A stretch of DNA of 64,000 bases from NCBI GenBank assembly GCA_963705265.1, contig OY970064.1, forward strand, positions 5,193,390 to 5,257,389, written 5' to 3'. Below are positions 63,730 through 64,000 of the stretch, piece by piece; within the stretch, counting starts at the first letter, position 1, and every line of letters begins with the position of its first letter. This DNA comes from an uncultured Acidobacteriaceae bacterium (GTDB lineage Bacteria; Acidobacteriota; Terriglobia; Terriglobales; Acidobacteriaceae). The notes under the pieces were generated by a model. It was given only the letters and a program-made list of their open reading frames with translations. It searched no databases and had not been told where the DNA came from. Position numbers and translations under genes: made by a program.

Positions 63730-64000
63730 ATGGCCGTCAGTGATCAGTCTGTCGCCACCGGTACGCAACTTGATCAGTTGTGTATCAATACGATTCGCAC
63801 TCTTTCGATGGACGCGGTGCAGAAGGCGAACTCGGGCCATCCCGGGACGCCGATGGCGTTAGCTCCTGTCGCCTATTGTCTTTGGCAACAGTTTCTGAAT
63901 TACGACCCGGAAGACCCTATCTGGCCGAACCGCGACCGCTTCATACTGTCCAATGGACATGCCTCCATGCTGTTGTATTCCTTGTTGCATCTGGCAGGAG
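63730..64000 (+). CDS. tkt: Transketolase, N-terminal part (continues beyond the right edge)
   Basis: [60 protein letters not shown]. Confidence 0.9.
   Translation, partial: MAVSDQSVATGTQLDQLCINTIRTLSMDAVQKANSGHPGTPMALAPVAYCLWQQFLNYDPEDPIWPNRDRFILSNGHASMLLYSLLHLAG

Overview
A 64-kb high-GC chromosomal segment. Gene content and repeat types look like Acidobacteriota (Terriglobia-like); this is inference from CarboxypepD_reg/TonB-type outer-membrane proteins, futalosine-pathway genes and characteristic hairpin repeats. About 55 protein genes are supported, mostly housekeeping: mtaB-like (partial), rpsU, efp, hisS, aspS, mutL, cmk, topA, dprA, tkt (partial), mqnA/mqnC/mqnD, bioY, two transporters and a canonical TonB. 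By eye I found no rRNA, tRNA, tmRNA or CRISPR array, and no recognisable defence island or complete novel multi-gene system. Four things deserve a second look. (1) A palindromic repeat family with arms built from 7-bp units has one copy inserted in frame inside the mtaB-like gene, and heptamer tracts of the same type end exactly at the start codons of hisS and mutL, which lack Shine-Dalgarno motifs. (2) A decayed accessory patch at 40.9-43.4 kb holds a 5'-truncated IS3/IS407-like remnant, a second hairpin-repeat family, a truncated WG-repeat gene and two long G-runs, each followed by GGTACC. (3) Several signalling fusions are unusual: VOC-PP2C near a STAS-like gene, and GAF-TM-TonB_C divergent from GAF-HD-GYP beside a processive GT2 synthase. 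(4) A 740-bp non-coding divergent region lies upstream of a cupredoxin-like secreted protein. All functional calls rest on motifs read from the translations; no database search was possible.
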